A program made the translations under genes and the position numbers. Under the pieces are notes generated by a model that was not told the DNA's origin, made no database searches, and worked only from the letters and a program-made list of their open reading frames with translations. Shown here one piece after another: positions 29,806 through 38,072 of a stretch of 64,000 nucleotides of DNA. Position 1 is the first letter of the stretch. Every line of letters starts with the position of its first letter. The DNA lies in IMG/VR virus record IMGVR_UViG_3300032954_000005, positions 13,249 through 77,248 of that record. One strand, written 5' to 3'. The DNA is from a virus.

Positions 29806-30646
29806 CCAGGTCAGTGAAACGTTTGGGCAGGCGTGGTACAACCTCGTTGACCACATCGTCTACGAGGGGAAGGTCACGTGCCCCCGCGGGCTCGAGACGC
29901 GTGAGACGACGGCCGTGTCCCTGACCGTGACAAACGCCCTTCAAAACGTGCTCGTCGACCCGACGCGCAACCTGAACTACAGGTTCATGGTCGCCGAGTG
30001 GCTGTGGATCACCGCGGGGCGCGCAGACGTCGCCTCGATCGCCGCGTTCAACAAGGAGGTCGCGAAGTTCTCGGATGACGGCATAACGTTCGCGGGAGCC
30101 TACGGGCCGCGGCTCCTTCCTCAGTGGCCGTGGCTCCTGTCGCTTCTTCGGCGCGAGCCCGACACGCGCCAGGCGGTGGCGACGATCTTCACGCCCACGC
30201 CCGCGTCGTCGCGCGACGTCCCCTGTACGCTCTCCCTCCAGCTCTTGCGGCGCGACGCGCGCCTCCACGCGATCGTCACGATGCGCAGCAGTGACGTGTG
30301 GCTGGGGCTCCCCTACGACTTCTTTAACTTTTCGATGCTCCTCGCGTCGTGCGCCGCGGCGCTCGAAATCGACGTGGGCGCGTTGACCTTTAACCTCGGG
30401 TCGTCGCACCTGTACGCGGCGAACCTCGACGCGGCGCGCGAGGTGCTGCGGAGGCAGGAGACGACGACCCTCCCGTCGCCGCGGCTTCCGCGGTACGTGA
30501 CGGCGACCGCGGCGGAGGTGACCCTCCTGGACGTGGACCTCGTCAACGGCCTGAGCGCGGAGCGCCTGCCCGTTTATTACGACGCGCTCCACGTCGCGAA
30601 AACCCGCCGGGAGGCGCTGGAGGTGCTGCGTGCCGCGCGAAAGTAA
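29792..30646 (+). CDS. Thymidylate-synthase homolog, likely dCMP (hydroxy)methylase
   Basis: YGPR, DTRQAV, DVPCT catalytic Cys, MRSSDVWLGLPYD with Asp at the TS Asn specificity position, SSHLY. Confidence 0.85.
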   Translation: MSRFNQVSETFGQAWYNLVDHIVYEGKVTCPRGLETRETTAVSLTVTNALQNVLVDPTRNLNYRFMVAEWLWITAGRADVASIAAFNKEVAKFSDDGITFAGAYGPRLLPQWPWLLSLLRREPDTRQAVATIFTPTPASSRDVPCTLSLQLLRRDARLHAIVTMRSSDVWLGLPYDFFNFSMLLASCAAALEIDVGALTFNLGSSHLYAANLDAAREVLRRQETTTLPSPRLPRYVTATAAEVTLLDVDLVNGLSAERLPVYYDALHVAKTRREALEVLRAARK

Positions 30647-31094
30647 AAACGCGTACTACCTCGCGATGCTCGCGCTCGTCGCGACGCGCGGCACGTGCCC
30701 GCGGCGGCGGGTGGCGGCGATCCTCACCGACGCGGAGGGGCGCGTCCTCGCAACCGGGTACAACGGGCCCCCGCCCGGATACCCGCACTGTATCGACGAC
30801 CCGTGCCCGGGGGCAAGGGACGCGGCGGGGGACACGTCGCGCTGCGTCGCCATCCACGCCGAGCAGAACGCGATCGTCCAGGCGGGGCTGGGCGGAAACC
30901 TGGCGCGGGCGCGGCACCTGTACACGTCGGCGTCGCCGTGCTTCTCGTGCTGTAAGCTGCTGTGCGCGCTTCCCGCGCTGTGGGAGATCTACGCGCTCGA
31001 CCTGTACCCCGACGCCGCGGGCCTCGACCTGCTGCGGCGCAGGAGAATTAAGCTTTTCGTTAAGACCAACGACGGCCTAAAGGAGATCTTATGA
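30630..31094 (+). CDS. dCMP deaminase family protein
   Basis: TC.RR.V, GYNG, HAEQNA and SPCFSC. Confidence 0.92.
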   Translation: MPRESKNAYYLAMLALVATRGTCPRRRVAAILTDAEGRVLATGYNGPPPGYPHCIDDPCPGARDAAGDTSRCVAIHAEQNAIVQAGLGGNLARARHLYTSASPCFSCCKLLCALPALWEIYALDLYPDAAGLDLLRRRRIKLFVKTNDGLKEIL

Positions 31095-31678
31095 ACGACG
31101 ACTACACCGCGTGGGAGCTGGTACGCGCGTTCCACCTGCGGTACGGCCACGCTGCGCCCGACGCGCTGACCGCTCTTTCGCCCGAGGTGCGGCTTCTTCG
31201 GCAGCGCCTAATTTTGGAAGAGCTCGGCGAGCTCGCGGTCGCCGTTCACCAGCGCGACCTCATCAAGATCGCCGACGCGGGGTGTGACCTCGCGTACGTC
31301 CTTCACGGGACGGCGGTCGCCGCGGGCAAGCTCTCGCGCTCGATGTGGACGTATGACCCGGTAAAGAGCGCGATCGAGCGGCCGTCGCTCACGCGGGTCG
31401 CGCTGAGCGCCGCGACGTGCTGCGCGAAGCTCGACACCGACGGCGTCGCGTACTACGTGGAGGCGGCCGTCCTCGACGTGGGGCTGCTGCTGCGGAGTCT
31501 TCGGATTCCGTTCGAGGCGTGTTTTCGCGAAGTGCACGCGTCGAACATGACGAAGGCCGTTCCCAGCGCGACGAAGCCCGGTGAGAAGTACGGCGACGGC
31601 GAGAAGACTGGGAAGGGCGCGACGTTCGTCCCGCCTGACCTGCGCGCGATTCTTCGCGACGCGGGACTTACAGTTTAG
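31091..31678 (+). CDS. MazG-like (PRA-PH type) NTP pyrophosphohydrolase
   Basis: LILEELGEL...DAGCDLAYV..G...FREVHASNMTK...PPDL. Confidence 0.85.
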   Translation: MNDDYTAWELVRAFHLRYGHAAPDALTALSPEVRLLRQRLILEELGELAVAVHQRDLIKIADAGCDLAYVLHGTAVAAGKLSRSMWTYDPVKSAIERPSLTRVALSAATCCAKLDTDGVAYYVEAAVLDVGLLLRSLRIPFEACFREVHASNMTKAVPSATKPGEKYGDGEKTGKGATFVPPDLRAILRDAGLTV

Positions 31679-31790
31679 AAACTCCTTAACCAACATCGGC
31701 GGGCATCGAGCGACGCCCGCCGATATTGCCCCGCCTGATTCGCAGCCCGTAACCCGTTGAAAATAAAGAAAATAAATCTTTAATTATTTT

Positions 31791-31819
31791 GTGTACAACG
31801 CTGAGAAAGGGTTTAGAAT
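31791..31819 (+). promoter_or_regulatory. Putative early promoter with UP element
   Basis: A/T tract about 31757-31790, then TGTACA-16 nt-TAGAAT. Confidence 0.6.
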
Positions 31820-32189
31820 TATCTTTCCTTACGGAATGGTTGTTCGGTTCGTTGAAAACAAAGGCAGGCGCGTAGGGCCCGAGAGAATCGGAGCCGCTCA
31901 GGGTGGTGCCTATCGTCGCGACGACGAGGGATGCAAGCGGGGCAGGCGCGGCCGGAATACGAAGCTGAAAAGCAAGACGCGGAGAATACGACGACGCGGG
32001 CGGCGCGAAAAACGGATGCTGTGAGCGAACGCGGGAGGCGAGGTCACGAAGGTCGACCTCAACGGCGGGAGCGGGCAATATGGTTCGGTCGCGGGGTGGG
32101 CGTACGGGTTGCGGACGTTGGCTGCTTTCAGTCGCACGAACTTTTCAAAACGTGTGAAGCCCCGCACCGGCATCGGGCGGGCAAATTTT

Positions 32190-32294
32190 GCAGAGGACGA
32201 CCGCGGCGCAGACCGCGGCGGAATGCGCGGCCCAGGTTCCAAGCCCTGGGCGACATTTAACCCCAAGCGACGCGGCGCACGTACCGCGAAGGAG
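32190..32294 (+). ncRNA. Structured intergenic element copy 1 (modules A, B, C and RBS)
   Basis: GCAGAGGAC-stem-GGAATGCG; stem-GGTTCCAAGCCC-stem; GCGGCGCACGTACCGC; GAAGGAG. Confidence 0.7.
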
Positions 32295-32300
32295 AACAGT

Positions 32301-32567
32301 ATGATGAATCAATACAAGTGCAGCAACTGTCACAGCTCCAACCTTCACCAAAGCAAGAGCAGCGAGCACGACGTTGTCTGTAACGACTGCCACATGACGA
32401 CGGACAAGGTCACTGCCCTGAAGGCGCCCTGGGCGTACTGCGGTTTCGACGAGGTTCACGTGCCGCAGCACGACGGGGCAGAGCGCATCATCACCCGAAA
32501 GCAGGCGAAGGCGGAGGGAATCAAGCTCGCGCCTTACAAGTATTTTTACACAGCTTTGAAGTTCTAA
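32301..32567 (+). CDS. 88-aa zinc-ribbon protein
   Basis: CSNC...CNDC; AAGGAG RBS. Confidence 0.65.
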   Translation: MMNQYKCSNCHSSNLHQSKSSEHDVVCNDCHMTTDKVTALKAPWAYCGFDEVHVPQHDGAERIITRKQAKAEGIKLAPYKYFYTALKF

Positions 32568-32568
32568 G

Positions 32569-32676
32569 CGCAGAGGACGACGATCGCCACGCGATCGTCG
32601 TAATGCGGCGCGCCGGTTCCAAGCCCGGCGGGTTCGTATAATAACGATGCGACGCGGCGCACGTACCGCAGAGGAG
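32569..32676 (+). ncRNA. Structured intergenic element copy 2
   Basis: CGCAGAGGA CGACGATCGC cac GCGATCGTCG TAATGCG; CGCCGG TTCCAAGC CCGGCG; module C present. Confidence 0.75.
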
Positions 32677-32682
32677 AGCAAG

Positions 32683-34200
32683 ATGAACACAACGCAGTTC
32701 AGTCCGCTTCAGCAGCGCATCTTCAAGTTCGTCGCGGAGGAAACCGGGAACGCATCGATCGAGGCGGTCGCCGGGTCAGGCAAGACGACCACGATCGTGG
32801 CCGCCGCGTCGTACCTTCCGCCAACGTCGCGCAACCTCTTTCTGGCGTTCAACAAGTCGATCGCCGAGGAGCTCGCGACACGCCTTCCCGCGCACGTCAC
32901 GGCGAAGACGTTGAACAGCCTTGGGCACGGCGCGTGGGCCGCAAAGCTCCGCCCAGCCCGCCTAAAGCTCGACGCCAACAAGACGCGCGCCATCCTCGAT
33001 AAGCGCGTCGTCGAGGCAGACAGAAAGCTGTACGGCTCCCTGGTGACGCGCCTCGTTGCGCTGGCGAAGTCCGCGGGCCTCGCACCCGCGGGTGCCCCAA
33101 ACGCATATCCCCTGGTGGACGACACCCTCGATGCGTGGCTCGACATGATCGAGTACCACGACCTGGAGGTGCCCGAGGAGGGAAACGTCAACCGCGCGAT
33201 CGACCTGGCGCGCAAGGTGCTCAGCGAGTCGATTCGGCAGGCGTTTCTTGGCTGCATCGACTTTGACGATCAGATCTACATGACGGTGGTCTACCGCGCT
33301 CCGATGAGCAGGTTTGACTTCGTGTTTGTCGATGAGGCGCAGGACCTTAACTGCATCCAGCACCAGCTGATTGCGATGGCAATCAAGTCGGGCGGTCGGC
33401 TCATCGCGGTGGGGGACCCCCGCCAGGCAATCTACGGCTTTCGTGGGGCGGATGCGTCGAGCATGGAAAACCTGCAGCGGCGCTTTCGCACAGTAACGCT
33501 TCCGCTGTCGATCAGCTACCGCTGCCCACAGGCCGTGGTCCGCGAGGCGCAGAAGCTGGTTTCGCACATTCAGTCAAGCGAGACGGCGCCCGTCGGGGTT
33601 GTTGAAACGCTTGACGCGTACAACGCCGATACGTTTAACGACAGCGACGCAATCGTGTGCCGCAACGCGCGACCCCTGGTCGCGCTCGCCTTCCAGCTGA
33701 TTCGCGCCGGGCGTGGCTGCCGCGTCCTTGGGCGGGACATTGGCCAGGGCCTTCAGGCGCTCATAAAGAAGATGAACGCGGCCGACGTTGACGCGCTCGA
33801 GACCAAGCTTGACGCCTACCTCGACCGTGAAACGCGCCGCCTGCTCGCGAAGAACCAGGACGCGAAGGTCGCGGCGCTCGAGGACAAGGTCGACACCATC
33901 CGCCTGTTTATCGACCAGCTGGGCGAGGACGAGCGGACGATCGACGCGCTGTTTGGGAAGATCGACGCACTGTTCACCGACAACGGCCACGGAAAGCTTA
34001 CGCTGTGCACCGTCCACAAGGCGAAGGGCCTCGAGTGGGAGCGCGTGTTCATCCTCGACGCGCACCTCATGCCGTCGAAGTACGCGCGACAGGATTGGCA
34101 GCTGGCGCAGGAGACGAACATCCACTACGTGGCGATCACTCGCGCGAAGCGCGAGCTGCGCTACATCGACAGCGAAGGATTCAAAGCTAAGAAGCAGTAA
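32683..34200 (+). CDS. UvrD/Rep-like SF1 helicase
   Basis: AVAGSGKTTT, VDEAQD, VGDPRQAIYGFRGA, SYRCP, TVHKAKGLE and YVAITRA. Confidence 0.95.
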   Translation: MNTTQFSPLQQRIFKFVAEETGNASIEAVAGSGKTTTIVAAASYLPPTSRNLFLAFNKSIAEELATRLPAHVTAKTLNSLGHGAWAAKLRPARLKLDANKTRAILDKRVVEADRKLYGSLVTRLVALAKSAGLAPAGAPNAYPLVDDTLDAWLDMIEYHDLEVPEEGNVNRAIDLARKVLSESIRQAFLGCIDFDDQIYMTVVYRAPMSRFDFVFVDEAQDLNCIQHQLIAMAIKSGGRLIAVGDPRQAIYGFRGADASSMENLQRRFRTVTLPLSISYRCPQAVVREAQKLVSHIQSSETAPVGVVETLDAYNADTFNDSDAIVCRNARPLVALAFQLIRAGRGCRVLGRDIGQGLQALIKKMNAADVDALETKLDAYLDRETRRLLAKNQDAKVAALEDKVDTIRLFIDQLGEDERTIDALFGKIDALFTDNGHGKLTLCTVHKAKGLEWERVFILDAHLMPSKYARQDWQLAQETNIHYVAITRAKRELRYIDSEGFKAKKQ

Positions 34201-34205
34201 AGGGA

Positions 34206-34307
34206 CGCAGAGGACGCCGGCGATCGCCGGCGTAATGCGGCAGGCTGGGTTCCAAGCCCCCGGCGCGCAGAACACCAAGCGAGGCGGCGCGTGTACCGCC
34301 GAAGGAG
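34206..34307 (+). ncRNA. Structured intergenic element copy 3
   Basis: CGCAGAGGA CGCCGGCG at CGCCGGCG TAATGCG; GGTTCCAAGCCC hairpin; GGCGGCGCGTGTACCGCC; GAAGGAG. Confidence 0.75.
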
Positions 34308-34313
34308 AATGAA

Positions 34314-34493
34314 GTGACTAGCAAGCAAAAGAGCCAAAACTTCAAGCTGCGTACAGCCTTGAAGCTGATCAAGCTGCACATCACGGAGGAGGCGAACGAT
34401 CAAAACCGCCACCTTCACAACGCCGTTCAGCTCATCGTAGACGTGGCGAGGGAGCATAACCTTTTAATTGAGGAGGTGCGCCGTGCAGGTTGA
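34314..34493 (+). CDS. 59-aa hypothetical protein
   Basis: Hand translation MTSKQKSQNFKLRTALKL... from GTG after the element RBS. Confidence 0.55.
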   Translation: MTSKQKSQNFKLRTALKLIKLHITEEANDQNRHLHNAVQLIVDVAREHNLLIEEVRRAG

Positions 34494-34974
34494 GATCGGG
34501 CAGGGCGGCAGGCTTACCACCGCCGCGGACGCGCTGAACTTCATCCTGGCCGGGAACGCCGTGTTCACGCTGGTGTCCCGGGCGACGAGCGCGCGGTACA
34601 CCTACAAGGTGTCGCGCGCGGTCGACCGCGTGGGCAGGCCCAGCGCGACGCTGTTCAAGGAAGACACCGCCGGCCCGGTCTACTTCGTTTCGCTCCTGGC
34701 CGGGCCGGACAACACGGCGGACTACGTCTACCTTGGAATCATCCGGGACGGCGCGTTCCGTCTGACGCAGAAGAGCAAGCTGACAACCGCGTCGAAGCCC
34801 GTCCAGGCGTTCACGTGGACGCTCACGCGTCTGCTCCTCAGCCACCTTCCCCTGAACGTCGAGGTGTGGCACACGGGCAGGTGCGGGCGCTGCGCGCGGC
34901 TCCTCACCGTACCCGAAAGCGTGGCGCGCGGCATCGGCCCAGAGTGCGCGGCGCGAATGGATGGCGCCGCGTGA
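34483..34974 (+). CDS. DUF6011-like protein
   Basis: GRCGRCARLLTVPESVARGIGPEC; GAGGAGG RBS. Confidence 0.8.
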   Translation: MQVEIGQGGRLTTAADALNFILAGNAVFTLVSRATSARYTYKVSRAVDRVGRPSATLFKEDTAGPVYFVSLLAGPDNTADYVYLGIIRDGAFRLTQKSKLTTASKPVQAFTWTLTRLLLSHLPLNVEVWHTGRCGRCARLLTVPESVARGIGPECAARMDGAA

Positions 34975-35282
34975 GCGGGCTGTATTTGCTCCACTTCGAG
35001 CCGCGGTATAGGCACGCCGGGCACTACCTTGGTTACGCAAAAAACATCTCCCAACGTGTTGCAGAGCATCGTGCGGGAAGAGCGCGAACGCCGCTGACTA
35101 CGGCCGCGGCGCGCGCCGGGTGCTGGATGTTCCTGGTGCGCACGTGGGAGGGCGGGACACGCGACGACGAGCGCAGGCTCAAGGGCACGTCGCGCCCAAC
35201 TACGGGAAGAACGGGCAGCCTCGCACGCCTCTGCCCGGCGTGCGCGGCGCTCAAACAGAAAGGAGAACGAAGTGGAAGTTGA
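34971..35282 (+). CDS. GIY-YIG-like small nuclease
   Basis: GLYLLHF...HYLGYA.NI..R...H..G...E. Confidence 0.7.
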   Translation: MSGLYLLHFEPRYRHAGHYLGYAKNISQRVAEHRAGRARTPLTTAAARAGCWMFLVRTWEGGTRDDERRLKGTSRPTTGRTGSLARLCPACAALKQKGERSGS

Positions 35283-35695
35283 GCAGCTGATCGAATTTTT
35301 ATCGACCGTAACAGACAAGGAGGTGCGCATGGCGCAGCAGACGTTGTGCAGGGGGCCTGCGGGTATTCACCGCATCACGCGGGAGGGCGTCGCGCCCGGC
35401 TACCGCTGGCGCTGCGTGGACTGCAACGGGCAGTTCAAGATCGCGCCATCAGCCTACAACCTAGACCTGGCGCGCGAGCGTCAGCTTAACCAAACAACGA
35501 AAGCGAGGTAGCATGAACGTCTCAATCAAGAACGGTGTTCTCACGATCACCATCCCCGTCAACAAGGACCCGCTCCCGGAGTCGAAGTCGAAGAAATCGC
35601 TCGTCGTCGCCTCCACCAACGGAAACGTCGTGACCAAGGAGCTTGTCAACGGCAAGCCCCTGGTCATCGGCCTCAACGCCTACGTGAAGGTGTAA
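35272..35695 (+). other. Two small hypothetical genes (35272-35511, 35513-35695)
   Basis: RBS-preceded ORFs; the second contains SKSKKSLVVAST.GN. Confidence 0.6.
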
Positions 35696-35698
35696 CTT

Positions 35699-35742
35699 CG
35701 CAGAGGACGGCGCGCGCAGTACGGCGCGCCGTAATGCGGCGG
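35699..35742 (+). repeat. Element copy 4 (module A only), identical to 35939-35982
   Basis: 44-bp exact direct repeat CGCAGAGGACGGCGCGCGCAGTACGGCGCGCCGTAATGCGGCGG. Confidence 0.9.
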
Positions 35743-35776
35743 AAAATAAGGCGAAGCTTAAGCTAAAGGAGGCAGT

Positions 35777-35938
35777 GTGATTACAGAGCTGAAAGCCGTG
35801 GAAACTGCTATGCGCAGCTTTATCAGCAATTGGAGCCAAGGGCTAAAAGATGATGGGCTTTTCGACAAAGCTCGTGCGATCGCTGACAGCCTTTCAAATC
35901 TAGCTGCTGCGATTGAATCCAGCGAGGACAACGTATAA
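35777..35938 (+). CDS. 53-aa lower-GC cassette gene
   Basis: AAGGAGG RBS; MITELKAVETAMRSFISNWSQG...; stop abuts copy 5. Confidence 0.6.
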   Translation: MITELKAVETAMRSFISNWSQGLKDDGLFDKARAIADSLSNLAAAIESSEDNV

Positions 35939-36024
35939 CGCAGAGGACGGCGCGCGCAGTACGGCGCGCCGTAATGCGGCGGTCGCGGTTCCAAGCCCGC
36001 GCACGCAGAGCCTAGAAAAGGAGG
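35939..36024 (+). ncRNA. Structured intergenic element copy 5 (modules A and B)
   Basis: Module A plus CGCGG TTCCAAGC CCGCG; AAGGAGG RBS. Confidence 0.75.
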
Positions 36025-36031
36025 TAGTACA

Positions 36032-37042
36032 ATGTACCAGCGAATCATAAGGCAGACCCTGGGCTGTAACGCGCTGATGGCGGCGCTCGTCGAGGGCGTC
36101 ATCCGCCAGGAGGCCCCCAACCACAACCTGGACGCGCTGTCGCGCGTCGAACTCGAGGACGCGATCGTGACGGCGTACCGCGTCGTCGAGTACGGCTACA
36201 ACGTCGTCATCGGGGAGGCGTAACGTGGCGACGAACAAGGTGCACCAGAAGGACGTGCGCGTCGGCGCGGTCTACGCCGTGAAGGTCAGCGGCGCGATCG
36301 CGCCCGTGCGCATCGACGCACGGGACGAGTACTTCATTCGCGGTAAAAAGCTCGTGCGCTGGAATGGTACGAGCCTACGCACGAACCTGAAGGTCTACGT
36401 GCGCAGCGCCGCGAAGCTGCGCTACGAGCTTATTAGATGCGAGGGCGGGTGCGGGCGCTGGATTGAAAAGCTCACCACGCCCTCACGGTGCAGGGCCTGC
36501 AAGGGCCGCGCGCTCATCAACGAGGAAAATAATGCGGCGCCCTCGTAGAAAGCGCCGCCACCTGACCCTTGAGGGAGTAGTCGCGCGCGCCCTGCGCGAC
36601 TACCTCCTGGGCGTCCGCCGCGGCGACGCGTCGCGGACGCCGCGCGCCCGCGCGCGAACCCTCGAGCGGCGCGGCCCGCGCTACGGCTACCGCCGCCGCG
36701 TCAACAACCCCCTGAGCTGGTTTTGAAAAAGGAGAACGCATGAACCTGTCGGCGCTACTACGCAACGCGGCGCAGAAGCTGTTTTACCGCACAAGGCACG
36801 AGGCCCAGTTCAGCGACCAGCAGCGCGCCGCGCAGGCCGTTGCCCAGGAGAAGGCGGCGGAGGCTGAGCAACACGAAACGTTTAAGGACGCGCGCCCACT
36901 CCACCACGGCAACAAGCGGACGCGAGGAGGCGGCACGGCGCGCTGCCGCTGCGCATCGAAGGCGCTCATTCCCGTGTGGTGCCCGCGGCACCGGGCCTAC
37001 GTGCTGAACGGCGCCGCCGACCGCGAGCTGACTCACAAATAA
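36032..37042 (+). other. Small hypothetical early genes
   Basis: ORFs 36032-36223, 36225-36548 and 36740-37042 with RBSs. Confidence 0.55.
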
Positions 37043-37045
37043 TTA

Positions 37046-37074
37046 TTTCAATTTTACGCGGCCTGTGGTACAAT
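37046..37074 (+). promoter_or_regulatory. Extended -10 promoter
   Basis: TTTCAA-17 nt-TACAAT with TG extension. Confidence 0.65.
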
Positions 37075-37137
37075 GGTCGTCGTTGAACAAACCATCCGGC
37101 GCCGACCGCGCCGCTCAAAATCAAAAGGAGAACCACC

Positions 37138-37440
37138 ATGCCAACCGAAACCGCCACCCCGCGCGCGAAGTTCACGTCCGTCGCGCCCACGAAGAAGACG
37201 AAGAAGAGCGCGAAGGCCGTGAAGAAAAGCGCGTCGACCGGCGCGCGCAGCACGTACGCCACGGACCAGCGGAAGATCAAGGTACTGGCGAAGGAAAACC
37301 CCAAGCGGAAAGGGTCAGCAGCCTACCAGCGCTTCGAGCTGTACAGGAAGTCGACGACCGTCGCCGACTTCATCGCGAAGGGCGGGCGCACGATCGACCT
37401 CGCGTATGATCAGTCTCATGGGTTCATCAAGCTGGATTAG
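37138..37440 (+). CDS. Lys-rich putative DNA-binding protein
   Basis: Histone-tail-like KKTKKSAKAVKK followed by an ENPKRKGSAAYQRFELY...DLAYD..HGFI domain. Confidence 0.7.
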   Translation: MPTETATPRAKFTSVAPTKKTKKSAKAVKKSASTGARSTYATDQRKIKVLAKENPKRKGSAAYQRFELYRKSTTVADFIAKGGRTIDLAYDQSHGFIKLD

Positions 37441-37520
37441 GTAAACCACGTCGGGTCTCTAAAACGCGCCCCTGGGTCACCGGAGCGCACTAGCGACAGG
37501 CCTTACGCGCCCGTCGCCGC

Positions 37521-37550
37521 GGCCCTGGCCAACGCGGCCAGGGCCTTTTT
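37521..37550 (+). terminator. Rho-independent terminator
   Basis: GGCCCTGGCC-aacgc-GGCCAGGGCC-TTTTT at the convergence of the two arms. Confidence 0.85.
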
Positions 37551-37702
37551 AAGGCCCAATATATGACCTAAAGTCAACTATGATGGCCCAGGCGCGTCCC
37601 GATTTGAGAGGCTTAGGAAAACCGCACGTCGTCCCGGGCGGGGCGTTGAGGAGTGAGCCGGCCGGCACAGGCCGTGACGTCTGCGCGTCGCGGCGATCGC
37701 GC

Positions 37703-38038
37703 CTACTGCTGTACCAGGTTGGTCGGCGTCAGCGGAATGTTCTTCACGTCCACCTGGTTCGACGGCAGCGACTCAAGCTGCGTGGCGTTGTCCACCGCTG
37801 TCACCTGATAGCAATATCGCCCCACAGCGAGACCCACGTCCACGTAAGTCTTGGGAACGATCCCCTCTTTTACGGCCGCGAACTGCGGGTTCTGCGCGCA
37901 CGCCTGTGGCGCACGGTAAAGCGTGTAGGTCACCGAGTTCGGCGGGTTCTGCGTATCCTGCCACGCCAAGGTGACCGACGCCGCAAACACGTTGCCGCCG
38001 TAGAGCAAGGAAGCGAACAGCATAAGTTTCACAAGCAT
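37703..38038 (-). CDS. Exported single FN3-like domain protein
   Basis: GGAGG RBS; MLVKLMLFASLLYGGNVFA|ASVTLAW...YTLYR...YCYQVTAVD...ESLPSN. Confidence 0.75.
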   Translation of the reverse strand: MLVKLMLFASLLYGGNVFAASVTLAWQDTQNPPNSVTYTLYRAPQACAQNPQFAAVKEGIVPKTYVDVGLAVGRYCYQVTAVDNATQLESLPSNQVDVKNIPLTPTNLVQQ

Positions 38039-38072
38039 TTCATCGAACCTCCAAGCGGTGCGTTTAGTCCTG

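Noticed and set aside
32637-32642. TATAAT within element copy 2 as evidence that the elements are promoters
   Set aside because: Not conserved in the other copies and no properly spaced -35.
32190-35982. Module A as a hammerhead ribozyme (CAGAGGA-stem-KAA resembles CUGANGA-stem-GAAA)
   Set aside because: The catalytic G12 equivalent is U in four of five copies, and the flanks pair with each other (CGCA/TGCG) instead of forming a three-way junction.
35699-35982. CRISPR array
   Set aside because: Only two identical repeats, separated by about 196 nt containing a gene. The Cas4-like gene belongs to the replication module and no other cas genes are present.
32230-36001. GGTTCCAAGCCC hairpins as tRNA genes
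   Set aside because: Only a T-arm-like hairpin; no acceptor, D or anticodon arms in register.
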